This document shows positions 9,119 to 18,164 of a stretch of DNA of 64,000 nucleotides, piece after piece. A model generated the notes under the pieces. The model was not told where the DNA came from. It searched no databases and worked only from the letters and a program-made list of their open reading frames with translations. The number at the start of each line of letters is the position of its first letter. Position 1 is the first letter of the stretch. The position numbers and the translations under genes were made by a program. The stretch comes from a virus, in the IMG/VR virus record IMGVR_UViG_3300037339_000405, positions 1 through 64,000 of that record; one strand, 5' to 3'.

Positions 9119-9526
9119 TTAGTACAACGGTTTATCCTTACGCCGCCTCTTGCGTTTGTCCTTGTTGTCTTCACCCATGTGATCATCCCGGTCATCATCC
9201 CTGCGACGCTTCTGCAGTGGCACCACCCGATCCACACCCGGCGGGTAGAAGAGAGTAGAGCCCACCCCAAGCTCCGTCTGTAACCTCTTACGAGGGGGCT
9301 GACGGGCTTCTAGGACAACAACTTGGGGTGGGGTGAATATAGACGAGAAGGCAGTAGGGGGGTGCTCTAAAGCATTATTGCTCTTCTTCGTGTAGCCACT
9401 TGCATAAGCTGCCTGTGCCTGAGCCACCGCTTTACCCCGGTCAGCGTAGCAAGTGCCTTGGTCACCCCACTTGTAGCCCTGCTCTCCCCCGGGCAAGTTA
9501 CAGCGTTGAATTGGCATGGCTATCAC
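9119..9526 (-). CDS. Hypothetical phage protein
   Basis: N-terminal 'MPIQR...GYKWG..G.CY...KA.AQ..AAYASGY' motif that I recognise from small phage proteins; basic C-terminus. Confidence 0.6.
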   Translation of the reverse strand: MIAMPIQRCNLPGGEQGYKWGDQGTCYADRGKAVAQAQAAYASGYTKKSNNALEHPPTAFSSIFTPPQVVVLEARQPPRKRLQTELGVGSTLFYPPGVDRVVPLQKRRRDDDRDDHMGEDNKDKRKRRRKDKPLY

Positions 9527-9831
9527 ACCCTCGGAAGCTTTGCTTCCAGTTCCCTAATTCTGATTTCCATAGCGTCCACGCGCGGGTCCACAAAACCCTT
9601 GATTGTTTGGGCGCTGCCCGTGAGATCGAGGTCCTTTGCGCGCTGGGCAACCGTCTTTACCCCAGCAGGAACACTCGGATCGGCCAACACCTTGTCAAAC
9701 CAAGCATCCCCTTTCTTTTCCAGTCTCCCGGATTTGAAAGCCGCTTGGAAACCCCACAAAAGTCCGGCCCCCAATAACAGAAACCCAATCAACTGTACCC
9801 AGAAGGGTAGATTCAAGGTTACTTCTTTCAT
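9523..9831 (-). CDS. Membrane protein in the lysis region
   Basis: One N-terminal TM segment; GGAG RBS. Confidence 0.65.
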   Translation of the reverse strand: MKEVTLNLPFWVQLIGFLLLGAGLLWGFQAAFKSGRLEKKGDAWFDKVLADPSVPAGVKTVAQRAKDLDLTGSAQTIKGFVDPRVDAMEIRIRELEAKLPRV

Positions 9832-9865
9832 GGCTATCTCCTATTTAGGTAGTGAGATTACTGCC

Positions 9866-9985
9866 TTACTTCTGGCAGCCCGGCCTTGCTGGATCAGCTT
9901 TGCATTCTTGTGGAGTCGGCTGCTGCGCGAACACGGCACCGGTCCAGATCATTGCAAACAACAGCAACGCGATAACGACTTTCAC
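9866..9985 (-). CDS. Small secreted peptide (39 aa), not in the ORF track
   Basis: GTG start overlapping the upstream stop, GGAGG RBS; MKVVIALLLFAMIWTGAVFA|QQPTPQECKADPARPGCQK. Confidence 0.6.
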   Translation of the reverse strand: MKVVIALLLFAMIWTGAVFAQQPTPQECKADPARPGCQK

Positions 9986-10476
9986 GGCTTTACCTCCTGT
10001 TGGATTGGTGGTGTTGGTAACTGCACAGCTTTCGCTTTTTCCCTCTCCACTACGGCGTATCCAACTGAGTCAATAGCAGCCTTACCGATGAAGATCCCGC
10101 CAATCACGGCCCAGTAGGTGTCCGTCAACCTGTCGCGCCAGTAGAGCGCGAAGATCGACCACAGCGCCGCCTCAAGTAAAAGGAAATACCCAAGCCGGTA
10201 GATGTTCTCCGGCTTACCCTCGATGAAGAAATGCACGAAGTCGAAACCGTTGTCGGACTTCGTCGCACGGTAGAAGATCAGGCCGTTCGTTCCGAACATG
10301 ACCAGCAGCACTAGCTCCGGCCCGAAGTTGGTGATAATCCCGAGGAAAACCTTAGTGTCCGCGTAGGTCCACTCCCATCCTAAGTACTTCTTACTCCAAA
10401 TAATCAAACCAAGAATGGTGAGAAGTCCTACTGTGCGGATCGCACACCGAATGGTCTTGAGTGCAAGTTCGCTCAT
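9982..10476 (-). CDS. Multi-TM membrane protein, holin candidate
   Basis: About four hydrophobic segments; two genes downstream of the endolysin. Confidence 0.55.
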   Translation of the reverse strand: MSELALKTIRCAIRTVGLLTILGLIIWSKKYLGWEWTYADTKVFLGIITNFGPELVLLVMFGTNGLIFYRATKSDNGFDFVHFFIEGKPENIYRLGYFLLLEAALWSIFALYWRDRLTDTYWAVIGGIFIGKAAIDSVGYAVVEREKAKAVQLPTPPIQQEVKP

Positions 10477-10748
10477 GGCCCATCCCCCTTAACTACACGC
10501 TTGAATCCTTCCCAAAGAACGAGCAGCGTAGCCCCAACAACTGTTCCCAGCAAGGCGACAGTTGCCGTGAAGGAAAGCTTGTCCATTCTTACTTTATGCT
10601 CCGCAGCCCAACGCAACCCGGAAATGAGTTCTGGTAATTCATCTTCAGAAATTCCGTAACGGCGACACATCACTGAAATGAAAGCCTCGCACTGAAGCTC
10701 TGCCAGAAGCAGTTTACGCTGTCGCTCTTCGGAGGAATCTTCACTCAC
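10473..10748 (-). CDS. Holin/antiholin-like membrane protein
   Basis: C-terminal TM helix; translationally coupled to the endolysin. Confidence 0.5.
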   Translation of the reverse strand: MSEDSSEERQRKLLLAELQCEAFISVMCRRYGISEDELPELISGLRWAAEHKVRMDKLSFTATVALLGTVVGATLLVLWEGFKRVVKGDGP

Positions 10749-11323
10749 GCACCGGCCCTAAGAACAGTTTTAGCGCGCTCCCAATACCGTTTACGGTCTG
10801 TGTACCCGTTCAGCCCGCCGTTGATCGTGCGGGTGATCGCCTTGAATCCTGCTTCTGTGTTTTTGTCCGCTTGGGCATTAAGTGCATGCACGCTCCAAAA
10901 CCACACCGCAGCCCGGCAGCCGTCGGTCGGGCGCGTCAGGCGCAAAGGATCGTGCAGAAGAATCGTCTCGTCTCCGTAAAGAGCCTTGGAACAATCCCGG
11001 TGGTTGTCGAAGCCTGTGATCTGAATAGGACCGTGCCCCTTCCACCACCGACCGGGACTAGAGCCATGAGACTCCGCAATCTTCACCGCCTCCGGGCGAG
11101 TGTTCCCCAAGTCGGCGCGGTTGTCATAGCGTTCTCCAGTAGCAATTTCCTGCATGTACCTGAATTCCACAGACTCGTGAGCCAGCTGCGCGACGAAAGC
11201 TGCCACTCTCTCGGGAGAATCGATTTCACCCTCGTGCATTGCCTCGTTAAGGGGGTCCAAGAAATCATCCACACGCTGTAGAGCGTGCGGCATGATAAGA
11301 AGAAACTCAGCACGAGAAATCAT
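10745..11323 (-). CDS. Endolysin, glycoside hydrolase family 19
   Basis: 'AAFVAQLAHES..FRYMQE', 'KGHGPIQITG..N' and 'ITRTINGGLNG..DR'. Confidence 0.93.
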   Translation of the reverse strand: MISRAEFLLIMPHALQRVDDFLDPLNEAMHEGEIDSPERVAAFVAQLAHESVEFRYMQEIATGERYDNRADLGNTRPEAVKIAESHGSSPGRWWKGHGPIQITGFDNHRDCSKALYGDETILLHDPLRLTRPTDGCRAAVWFWSVHALNAQADKNTEAGFKAITRTINGGLNGYTDRKRYWERAKTVLRAGA

Positions 11324-11337
11324 TACGCTGTTCCTCC

Positions 11338-11661
11338 TTAGCCAACTTCAGCACGAACCAGATACGGGCCATCGGGATCAGGAGTCGTGAGGCGCTGCGT
11401 GGGGGTAAAGGTTACTTCCCACTCAAAGAAAAGCCCAACCTCGTCTGGCTTGAAATCACCCGCCTGCACTGCGTACTCAACGACCCCATCAGCAGCATCA
11501 ACTACGACAGCAGTGCGCTGTTCGTAAGGCACACGTTTCTGCTTCCATCTAACCATCACAGTGGCGCCACTGAGATCCACCGGATCGCCATTGGGATACT
11601 TGAGGCGGCGCCGGAGTAGCAGACCAACATCGTTGGTGACAAACGTGTATTTGTAAGACAT
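11338..11661 (-). CDS. BppU-like Ig/beta-sandwich virion protein
   Basis: 'ND.G..L...L....G.PVDLSGATV...A.VVDA..G.VEY....GD...EWEVTF' pattern. Confidence 0.55.
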   Translation of the reverse strand: MSYKYTFVTNDVGLLLRRRLKYPNGDPVDLSGATVMVRWKQKRVPYEQRTAVVVDAADGVVEYAVQAGDFKPDEVGLFFEWEVTFTPTQRLTTPDPDGPYLVRAEVG

Positions 11662-11769
11662 CCAGCGCTCCTAAAAACCCATCACCCAGCAGTCAAAACA
11701 ATGCTAAAGCACTATCAGCCTCCTGAGTAGCTTCGTGCCCGCTATGTGCACTAGTTCCTACTCATCCTA

Positions 11770-14700
11770 TCAGGCTAGGCTGCGCTTCAAATACACCGTC
11801 AACGGCTTCGCGTCTTCCTCCACCAAAAGCACCTCGCGCTCGTCTTCCGTGATGAGCGTCACCGTTACTTCTAGCTCCTTGAGGAAAACCAACTCAGCAT
11901 ACTGAACAAACGCGTCTTCGATGTAATCCGATACGGTTGCTACAGGAGGGCTGCTGTTGATCGCTAGCGCAGACACCCCCGTAATCAGTACCACGCTCCC
12001 TTGTGTAAAGGAGACCGAAGGCGCCTTGCCCGTTACGACCAGAACCCCAACTTCAGGGGCAACGATGGCTACGGATAGCGCGGGGGTACGCCCTGTCAAC
12101 ACCAGAGCGGCAACCCCGGTATTGATAACCACACTAGCAGCGACTACCGCAACCGGAGACGGCCCAACAAGAACCAGCAGCCCTACCCCACTACGAACCG
12201 CCTGATCGAGTACCGGAGTTTGCCCGGCAACTACCAGCGCGCCCGTGTCAGCTACAACCGCTCTATCAAGAGACGGAGCTTGGCCTACTAGGGTCAGGAC
12301 ACCTTTTTGGGTAACTACACCACTGTCAAGAGCGGGTGGCGCGCTGATGAGCGTTAGCGTCCCAGCCCCCGTAGACACGGACACGGTTTGCCGCAGCGTC
12401 GGAGCAAAACCAGTGACCAGCAGCGTCCCAGTAGCGACCGTTACTACGACATTGCCGCCGCTAACTACTGAAGGTTCTTGCCCTAGAATCGTTAGAGCAC
12501 CAACCCCAGCTTGGATCGACCAGCTAAACGCTGGCACGTGGCCGGCGAGAACAACCTGCCCAACATTCGTCGCAACAATTACATTCTCGCTCGCGCTAAC
12601 GACCGGTACCTGCCCCGTGAGCGTTAGTTGCCCTGAGTCCGTGGAAACCCCAACCCCTGAAGTCGGGGCCAGCCCGACAAGCGTCAACGCTCCTTCTTGA
12701 GTAGCTACACCCGTATCAAGCGTAGGCGACGCGCTGGCGAGGGTAAGAGCCCCCATCTCTGTAGAAGCCGATAGGGTCTGCCCCAGAGTCGGAGCAAGGC
12801 CAGTAATCGACAGCGCCCCAACATCCGTTGAAACCCCAACCCCCAAGGTCGGAGTCAGCCCGGTGATCGTAAGAGCCCCTGAGCCCGCAGCTACAGCGTA
12901 GTCAAGGGCGGGAACAAGCCCTGTAAGAGTGAGTGCCCCTGCTGCCGTGCTTACAGAATGCCCCAGAACGGCCCCGTAGCCCTCTAGGACGAGGTTTCCC
13001 ACCCCCGGCTGTACGGTGACCAACCCCCCCGTCTGAGCGATAGGGGGATGCCCTGCGACCAGCAGAAGGCCCTGATCCGGAATTACGTAGAACGGCGCGA
13101 TGGAAAGCGGGAGTTGCCCAGCAAGAACAAGAGACCCCAGCCCCACGTCAACCGCTAGACCTAGGCTGGGTGCTTCTCCCGCAAGGGATAGAACTCCCAC
13201 ACCCGGGCGAGAGACCTGATCAATGAGAATCGAAGGCGCGTTACCCGCAAGGTCGAGGGCACCAACACCAGTAGCTACCCCATACCCCAAAGTTGAAACA
13301 GAACCAGTGACCGTTAGCTGACCGAGGCCAGTATCTACCGAGTAAGTCTGCTGAACTCCCGGAACAAACCCGAGAATCGACAGTTGCCCGCAATTAGCTG
13401 CAAACCCAAGATCAAGAGAAGAAACAAGGCCACCAACAACCAGCGCCCCCGTTCCGGGATTGATGAAAGTATTCGTGGTGACCGCTACAGTGGATACTTT
13501 ACCTTCGAGCACCAACTGACCTAGGCCCGAAGAGACAGTAGTAACTACGAGAACAGATGGTGAATTCCCTGCTATTACCAGCGACCCTACTTGTGGCTGA
13601 GAAACAATCTCTGCAAGAGATACCGGTACATGCCCGGTGATGACTAGTTGGCCAAGACCACTGAGTACAGCCTGATCAAGAAAAGGAGCATACCCAGTGA
13701 TAACAACTTGCCCCAGACCAGTAGAAACAGACTGATCGAGGACGGGCGCAAAGCCCGTGAGGACAATCTGCCCAACCCCCGGAGTGATGCTGATTGACAC
13801 CCCAAGAGCCGGAACATGCCCTGTAAAAGCCAGAGCACCAACGGCGGTGTTAAGCCCAAAGTCTAGGGTGGGTACCCTACCGTCAAGAGACAGTTGACCA
13901 ACACTTGATGAAACCGTAGTAGTTACGAGTACGACAGGGAGGAGCCCCGTTACAACCAGCGTGCCTACTTGGGGCAGAACAACAACCGAAGCAAGAGCGA
14001 CTGGTACCTGACCTGTAAGGGCCAGTTGCCCCAAACTTGGAACCACCGCTACATCAATACTCGGTGCGTGCCCTGTGAGTACAAGTCCACCAACACCAAT
14101 CAGGAGTGCATTGCCAAGAGCAGGAGCTTGCCCCGTCAGAACAAGGGCACCAGTCCCCGGTAGTGACGTGACCCCCTGAGAACCCTCTACAACAACGGGA
14201 AAATGCCCGGTGATTACTAAACCACCGACACCCGTTGCAATTAGTTGCATCAGAGTGGGTACATGCCCACTCAGAACAAGCGATCCAACACCAACGTTGA
14301 ACCCGAAATTCAGCGTCGGCTCAAGTCTTGAATCCGGGGTATCTAGGAACCCATCACCCGGGAACAGCCACTCATCGTGCCCAGTTGGCTTCTCAATAAA
14401 GCCATGGCCCGGAAGGAGAAGCTGCTCTAGCGCCCCAGAGGGGCGATCAAAGCTGAGTCTCCCGGTTGCCGGTAACGCAGACCACGTTTGGCCAAGGGCG
14501 GGCGCAAGTCCGGCGAGAGACAAAACTCCCGTGGCTGACACCACCCCTACATTGAGAGTGGGCGCAAGACCGGTAGCAACTAGCGCGCCAACACCGGGGG
14601 AAACAGAAGCGCCAGCAGAAGTAGCAGGAGTGGGGGCTAGACCCGTTAGAACTATGGAGCCAACAGCCGCCGTTAACCCTATGTCGTTCGTTGGGGCTTG

Positions 14701-17118
14701 CCCCGCGACAACTAGCGAGCCTACTCCGGTAGAAACCACTCTATCCAGAGTGGGTGCCCTACCAGTTAGAACTAAGGAGCCAACGGCCGACGCTACCCCT
14801 CTATCGTTCGTCGGGGCCTGCCCAGCGATAACCAACGAGCCTACGCTGGTAGAAACTCCTCGATCCAGAGAAGGGGCTAGACCGGTAACAACTAGCACTC
14901 CTCGACTGACACTCACGCCTACAGCGAGGGTAGGTACCCTTCCCGTTAGCTTCAGAATACCGGATTGAGCATCAATATTATAATCCGTGACAATTGCACG
15001 GTCATTCGTAGAAACCTGACCCGTTAGGATCAACGAACCTACGTTTGTGGACACCCCTCGATCAAGAGATGGCGCAAGACCGGTAACGACTAGCGCACCA
15101 ACACTCGGGGAAACAGAAGCGCCAGCAGAAACAGCAAGAGATGGTGCTAGACCAGTTACTACTAAGGCCCCTGCCCCTAGATTGATCGCTCTGTCTAAAG
15201 TAGGAGCTTGACCTGTTACTACTAAAGCCCCTAGACCAGAGATTACCGTCTTGACCTGAAGTACAACCGGGACCTGCCCGGTGATCGTGAGCGCACCAAC
15301 TCCAATCGCCAAACCAAAATCTAGGGTCGGATTGAATAGGGTTAGAGATTCTGGCCCTTCAAACGCAAACCCCGGGATGAGAAGTGAGTCTCTACTCGCA
15401 CTGGAGGACGCAAAAAATCCTGCCCCCGGGATGAGAAAATTGTCCTTCCTGACACTGATCTCTACTCGCCCAACCCCTGCAACTATGCTCACATTTAATG
15501 AGGGGGCCAGACCCGTTACCGATAAAGCTCCCGCCGCTGGTGAAGCGGACCATGTTTGCTTGACTGTCGGAACAGGGCCAGTTGCAATCAATTGCCCGAG
15601 GGAGGCATTGACCCTCATGCCTTGCTGCAACGTCGGAGCAAGACCCGTAAACGTGACCGCACCGACCCCAACAGAGATCGATCTATCTAGGGTCGGCGCT
15701 TGCCCGGTAACAACCAGCGCCCCTTGTGCGGGGGCCGCTGTAACCGGGCTAACCGATACCGGAACTTGCCCAGTTAAAACGAGACTGCCTACATCCGGTA
15801 AAACAGTTGTTCCCGTTGATTCCTTAATGGCAAACGCAGTCTTACCCGCCTCCGAAGCAGTCGCCCCGTGGGTCCAGCCAAAGGTGTTGTAGGTGTCGGA
15901 GGTCTCGGTGGCGATACCGGAACAGAAAATGTTGCCGGTATCGTTCTGGTAGGTACCGCGAGTCGTCTGATCGCCGTTCGTGGCCTGAAACAACTGCATC
16001 TGCTGCGCGGTCCACGAGACAGGATTCGCCCGCGCGCAGGAGGCGTTGCCAGTACCGGTGCCGCTGGTTGCCACTTCCTTCGTGCTTGTTTGCAACCGCG
16101 CCGGCCCAGTAGCCGAGCCCGCGTCCGTCCGTTCTACGAACGACGCAACTGAATCCGCCGTGACAGCCGAATTAATCCCGCACGCACAGAAGAGCAGCGC
16201 CAGCACATCTGCTGCAGTTGTATTGGCCCCGGTCGTCGTCATCGGCGTGGCGGTGCCGGTGCCCGCCGTGCCGTGGGTAGAGACGATAGTCCCGGACGCC
16301 TTGCAATCCCGGAACAGATTCCTACCGATTATCGCGTCCTGATTGCCCGTCCAACTACAGACTGGGTCAGAGTTCGACCCGTTGTAGATGCGGTAGGCCC
16401 ACGAACTCGTGCTGTTAGTGCCCTGCTGTACCTGCGCCCCAATCTGCGACCAACCCGTTCCAGTCCAAGCGTGCGTTACCGCCCCCTCGGAACGGCAAGT
16501 GGCAATCTCTATATCGCCAATGATCGGGCCAGCCGGAGCGCCGGTTGCGGTGATCGTCGCAATCGCAGCGGTAGCCGTGAGAGTGCCGACTGCAATCCAG
16601 ATCGGAATCCCGTTCCGATTGGTGAGGGCAACGGTGCCAGCACTTCCACCTATCGAAATTGCACCAACAGCCAGAGCATTTGTAAACCCATCGCAGCCCT
16701 GCCATTGCGTCGCTGCGGTGCTCGCGCCACGTGTCGCTGTGACCGTGCCGAAGGCGGTCGCGGCTACATCAGACTGCTCGGCGTTGTAGACCGAGAGGAC
16801 GTGAACCTGAGCCCTCGTATACGCCCCGGCCATCGTCACGGCGATGTTGGCGGGTCCGGCTGCAGTCGGCGCGGTCAGCCAGAAACACGCCTGTCGAACA
16901 ACGGTGGCGTAAACTGCGTTGTAAAGGGCGTTGGCCTTGAAGTCCGATCCGCCGTTCCAAGTGACGCTGGAAACAGCGGGGTTGGTCGCAGAATTGTCGT
17001 AAACCTCGACAAATACAAGAAGCTTACGGGAGGAGTTGTTACCAACCGTAATGCTGACGTTGATTACGCCACTGGTCGCGGTGCCGGAAGCACTGGCGTC
17101 AACGAGAACTTGAGACAT
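11770..17118 (-). CDS. Very large repeat-containing virion fibre protein (1782 aa)
   Basis: About 430-aa beta-rich N-terminus, then roughly 50 copies of a ~23-26-aa G-x-L-x-x-T-G-x-x-P repeat; lies in the tail gene cluster. Confidence 0.75.
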   Translation of the reverse strand: MSQVLVDASASGTATSGVINVSITVGNNSSRKLLVFVEVYDNSATNPAVSSVTWNGGSDFKANALYNAVYATVVRQACFWLTAPTAAGPANIAVTMAGAYTRAQVHVLSVYNAEQSDVAATAFGTVTATRGASTAATQWQGCDGFTNALAVGAISIGGSAGTVALTNRNGIPIWIAVGTLTATAAIATITATGAPAGPIIGDIEIATCRSEGAVTHAWTGTGWSQIGAQVQQGTNSTSSWAYRIYNGSNSDPVCSWTGNQDAIIGRNLFRDCKASGTIVSTHGTAGTGTATPMTTTGANTTAADVLALLFCACGINSAVTADSVASFVERTDAGSATGPARLQTSTKEVATSGTGTGNASCARANPVSWTAQQMQLFQATNGDQTTRGTYQNDTGNIFCSGIATETSDTYNTFGWTHGATASEAGKTAFAIKESTGTTVLPDVGSLVLTGQVPVSVSPVTAAPAQGALVVTGQAPTLDRSISVGVGAVTFTGLAPTLQQGMRVNASLGQLIATGPVPTVKQTWSASPAAGALSVTGLAPSLNVSIVAGVGRVEISVRKDNFLIPGAGFFASSSASRDSLLIPGFAFEGPESLTLFNPTLDFGLAIGVGALTITGQVPVVLQVKTVISGLGALVVTGQAPTLDRAINLGAGALVVTGLAPSLAVSAGASVSPSVGALVVTGLAPSLDRGVSTNVGSLILTGQVSTNDRAIVTDYNIDAQSGILKLTGRVPTLAVGVSVSRGVLVVTGLAPSLDRGVSTSVGSLVIAGQAPTNDRGVASAVGSLVLTGRAPTLDRVVSTGVGSLVVAGQAPTNDIGLTAAVGSIVLTGLAPTPATSAGASVSPGVGALVATGLAPTLNVGVVSATGVLSLAGLAPALGQTWSALPATGRLSFDRPSGALEQLLLPGHGFIEKPTGHDEWLFPGDGFLDTPDSRLEPTLNFGFNVGVGSLVLSGHVPTLMQLIATGVGGLVITGHFPVVVEGSQGVTSLPGTGALVLTGQAPALGNALLIGVGGLVLTGHAPSIDVAVVPSLGQLALTGQVPVALASVVVLPQVGTLVVTGLLPVVLVTTTVSSSVGQLSLDGRVPTLDFGLNTAVGALAFTGHVPALGVSISITPGVGQIVLTGFAPVLDQSVSTGLGQVVITGYAPFLDQAVLSGLGQLVITGHVPVSLAEIVSQPQVGSLVIAGNSPSVLVVTTVSSGLGQLVLEGKVSTVAVTTNTFINPGTGALVVGGLVSSLDLGFAANCGQLSILGFVPGVQQTYSVDTGLGQLTVTGSVSTLGYGVATGVGALDLAGNAPSILIDQVSRPGVGVLSLAGEAPSLGLAVDVGLGSLVLAGQLPLSIAPFYVIPDQGLLLVAGHPPIAQTGGLVTVQPGVGNLVLEGYGAVLGHSVSTAAGALTLTGLVPALDYAVAAGSGALTITGLTPTLGVGVSTDVGALSITGLAPTLGQTLSASTEMGALTLASASPTLDTGVATQEGALTLVGLAPTSGVGVSTDSGQLTLTGQVPVVSASENVIVATNVGQVVLAGHVPAFSWSIQAGVGALTILGQEPSVVSGGNVVVTVATGTLLVTGFAPTLRQTVSVSTGAGTLTLISAPPALDSGVVTQKGVLTLVGQAPSLDRAVVADTGALVVAGQTPVLDQAVRSGVGLLVLVGPSPVAVVAASVVINTGVAALVLTGRTPALSVAIVAPEVGVLVVTGKAPSVSFTQGSVVLITGVSALAINSSPPVATVSDYIEDAFVQYAELVFLKELEVTVTLITEDEREVLLVEEDAKPLTVYLKRSLA

Positions 17119-17148
17119 TTAACTCTTAATGAAAAAAGTTAGATATTG

Positions 17149-17613
17149 TCACTCCCCTGCGGCTACCTCTACCCCGGTTACATCAGCCGCCAAATTTTCC
17201 ATTCGAGTTCGCAACGCATCCCACTCTGACTGGTTCAAATTGAACGCACTGCGTAGCTGCGTTACGGTGATGTCACCTGCAACCACCCTGTTCACGATCC
17301 ACCGTGCCAACCGGCACAAGTCTTCCCTCAAGTAATGACGGTATCTCAGACGTAGGCGCGTGAGAGCTTCCGCCCCAGTTTGAAACCGGAGAGGAACCAT
17401 GCTGTCAGTTTCAATGGCGCGATCAAATTCTTTCTCTGCCGCAGACAACAGAAGGGTCTCCTCTCTGATAGTAGCCAGAGCGTTGTAATCTGCGCCCGCA
17501 GGAGCACTATAGAAAAGATACGCAAACTCCCCCTGCCCATCAAAATGGGTCTCCACCACATGTTGCCCACCATCGAGTTGAACCGCAGGGTCTACGACTA
17601 TTGAGAAGCTCAC
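17149..17613 (-). CDS. Hypothetical protein
   Basis: 154-aa ORF in the operon, with a GGGGG-type RBS. Confidence 0.7.
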   Translation of the reverse strand: MSFSIVVDPAVQLDGGQHVVETHFDGQGEFAYLFYSAPAGADYNALATIREETLLLSAAEKEFDRAIETDSMVPLRFQTGAEALTRLRLRYRHYLREDLCRLARWIVNRVVAGDITVTQLRSAFNLNQSEWDALRTRMENLAADVTGVEVAAGE

Positions 17614-17633
17614 ATTACCCCCTTACAAGTAAG

Positions 17634-17655
17634 CAGGGCCGCTCACGCGGCCCTG
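17634..17655 (-). terminator. GC-rich hairpin after the 150-aa structural gene
   Basis: CAGGGCCGC-TCAC-GCGGCCCTG; the U-tract is weak. Confidence 0.45.
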
Positions 17656-17707
17656 TATCCCATGCCACCAAAGTGACGGCCCGGGACTCTCGCAAAAAGC
17701 GGGCCTG

Positions 17708-18160
17708 TTACGTAACGCCACCCGTGAGAGTCAGAATCCCCAGCGCATTGAACTGAACCGTCAGCGTGTTTCCAGTCGTCACGTCAAACGCCGCCGTGGA
17801 CAGTTTGCACCAGCACAGTGCCTTGCCGCCGGAAATCCCGATCACGGCGTACTGAATCGATGCCATAGTTCCGCCCGAAGCCGAGAACACCGCATTCGTC
17901 GCATCGAACTTGGTCTCCTTCGCGGACACTCCAGTTGACAACGTGATCCCCGTGAGAGACTTCGGATGCGGGGTCTTGATGTTTGCCACCGCATTGCCCG
18001 AACCCGCCGAGGCGAAAGTGGAAACGGTGTAGTTGGACACCGTGCTCGCACCACCACCCTTGACCAGCTTGATGCGCATCAGGGCCGCGTTGATGTCCAA
18101 GTCCGCACCCAGAAGGTACTTCTTGGCCTCGTTGTAAACCCGCCATGCACTTGCAGCCAT
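17708..18160 (-). CDS. Small virion structural protein (candidate fibre subunit)
   Basis: 150-aa beta-rich protein ending 'GNTLTVQFNALGILTL', a pattern typical of phage minor tail or fibre subunits. Confidence 0.6.
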   Translation of the reverse strand: MAASAWRVYNEAKKYLLGADLDINAALMRIKLVKGGGASTVSNYTVSTFASAGSGNAVANIKTPHPKSLTGITLSTGVSAKETKFDATNAVFSASGGTMASIQYAVIGISGGKALCWCKLSTAAFDVTTGNTLTVQFNALGILTLTGGVT

Positions 18161-18164
18161 AGTC

